8,734 nt of DNA from Naegleria gruberi. Its lineage: Eukaryota. Positions 8,521 through 8,734 of the stretch are shown here, piece by piece. Both the position numbers and the translations under genes were made by a program. The DNA lies in the NCBI GenBank assembly GCA_000004985.1, contig GG739056.1, one strand, 5' to 3'. The notes beneath the pieces were generated by a model, which ran no database searches, was not told the origin of the DNA, and was given only the letters and a program-made list of their open reading frames with translations. The number at the start of each line of letters is the position of its first letter. Positions within the stretch are counted from its first letter, which is position 1.

Positions 8521-8734
8521 TTACTCATCATGATTTCATCATCACCCTGCTAAATAGTTGGTATTCCCACCTTCAGCATGCTACCTTGAGAAGCCACCAT
8601 GAGGAGAGTTCTCCCTTTGCTTCCTTCCTCACCAGCCATTACTACACCAAAACATCATCTAGATAAGTGCCTGCCCATTTACTTGAAATTGTTGGTACAT
8701 TAAAGCGAAGGTTCATGACAAGAACCCAGAAGTA

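Noticed and set aside
1-8734. Prokaryotic-style systems (CRISPR arrays, operons, defence islands).
   Set aside because: There are no short regularly spaced direct repeats. Coding density outside 1707-2354 is near zero, and splice-like motifs are present. The window looks eukaryotic, so these categories do not apply.

Overview
Only about 3.35 kb of this window is real sequence (1..2354 and 7732..8734). Positions 2355..7731 are a 5,377-nt run of N, which is a scaffold gap. The readable DNA is AT-rich (roughly 35-40% GC). Outside one region it has no ORF longer than about 105 codons on either strand, and it carries eukaryote-style GT donor and ttttcag acceptor motifs. I therefore read it as a eukaryotic nuclear scaffold, not a prokaryotic locus. 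No CRISPR array, operon, rRNA or tRNA is visible.

The one well-supported gene is the 3' terminal part of a minus-strand CDS (1707..2354, stop TAA at 1707-1709). Its 215 readable codons form about eight tandem ~25-aa repeats of the form D-x-E-x-V-L-x-A-V-x-x-N-G-x-A-L-x-Y-A-S-x-x-L-K. This is the pattern I associate with the DUF4116 repeat family (Pfam PF13475, function unknown). The 5' part of the gene is lost in the gap. The very long ORFs in the supplied track that cross 2355..7731 are artefacts of translating N as X.

The second notable structure is a non-coding AT-rich repeat family built around a core motif (attactac)tatttagatgatg...aaaccactcSgaRaatca. It occurs three times: once upstream at 1069..1316 (+), and twice at 8062..8460. 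There the two copies face each other in inverted orientation and could form a long imperfect foldback with ~70-95 bp arms. This is MITE/foldback-like, but I see no recognisable transposase, TIR or TSD evidence.

Everything else (poly(A) signal, small ORF, splice-like sites) is weak. I see no clear evidence of a novel multi-gene system in the readable portion. The most informative sequence is probably inside the gap.
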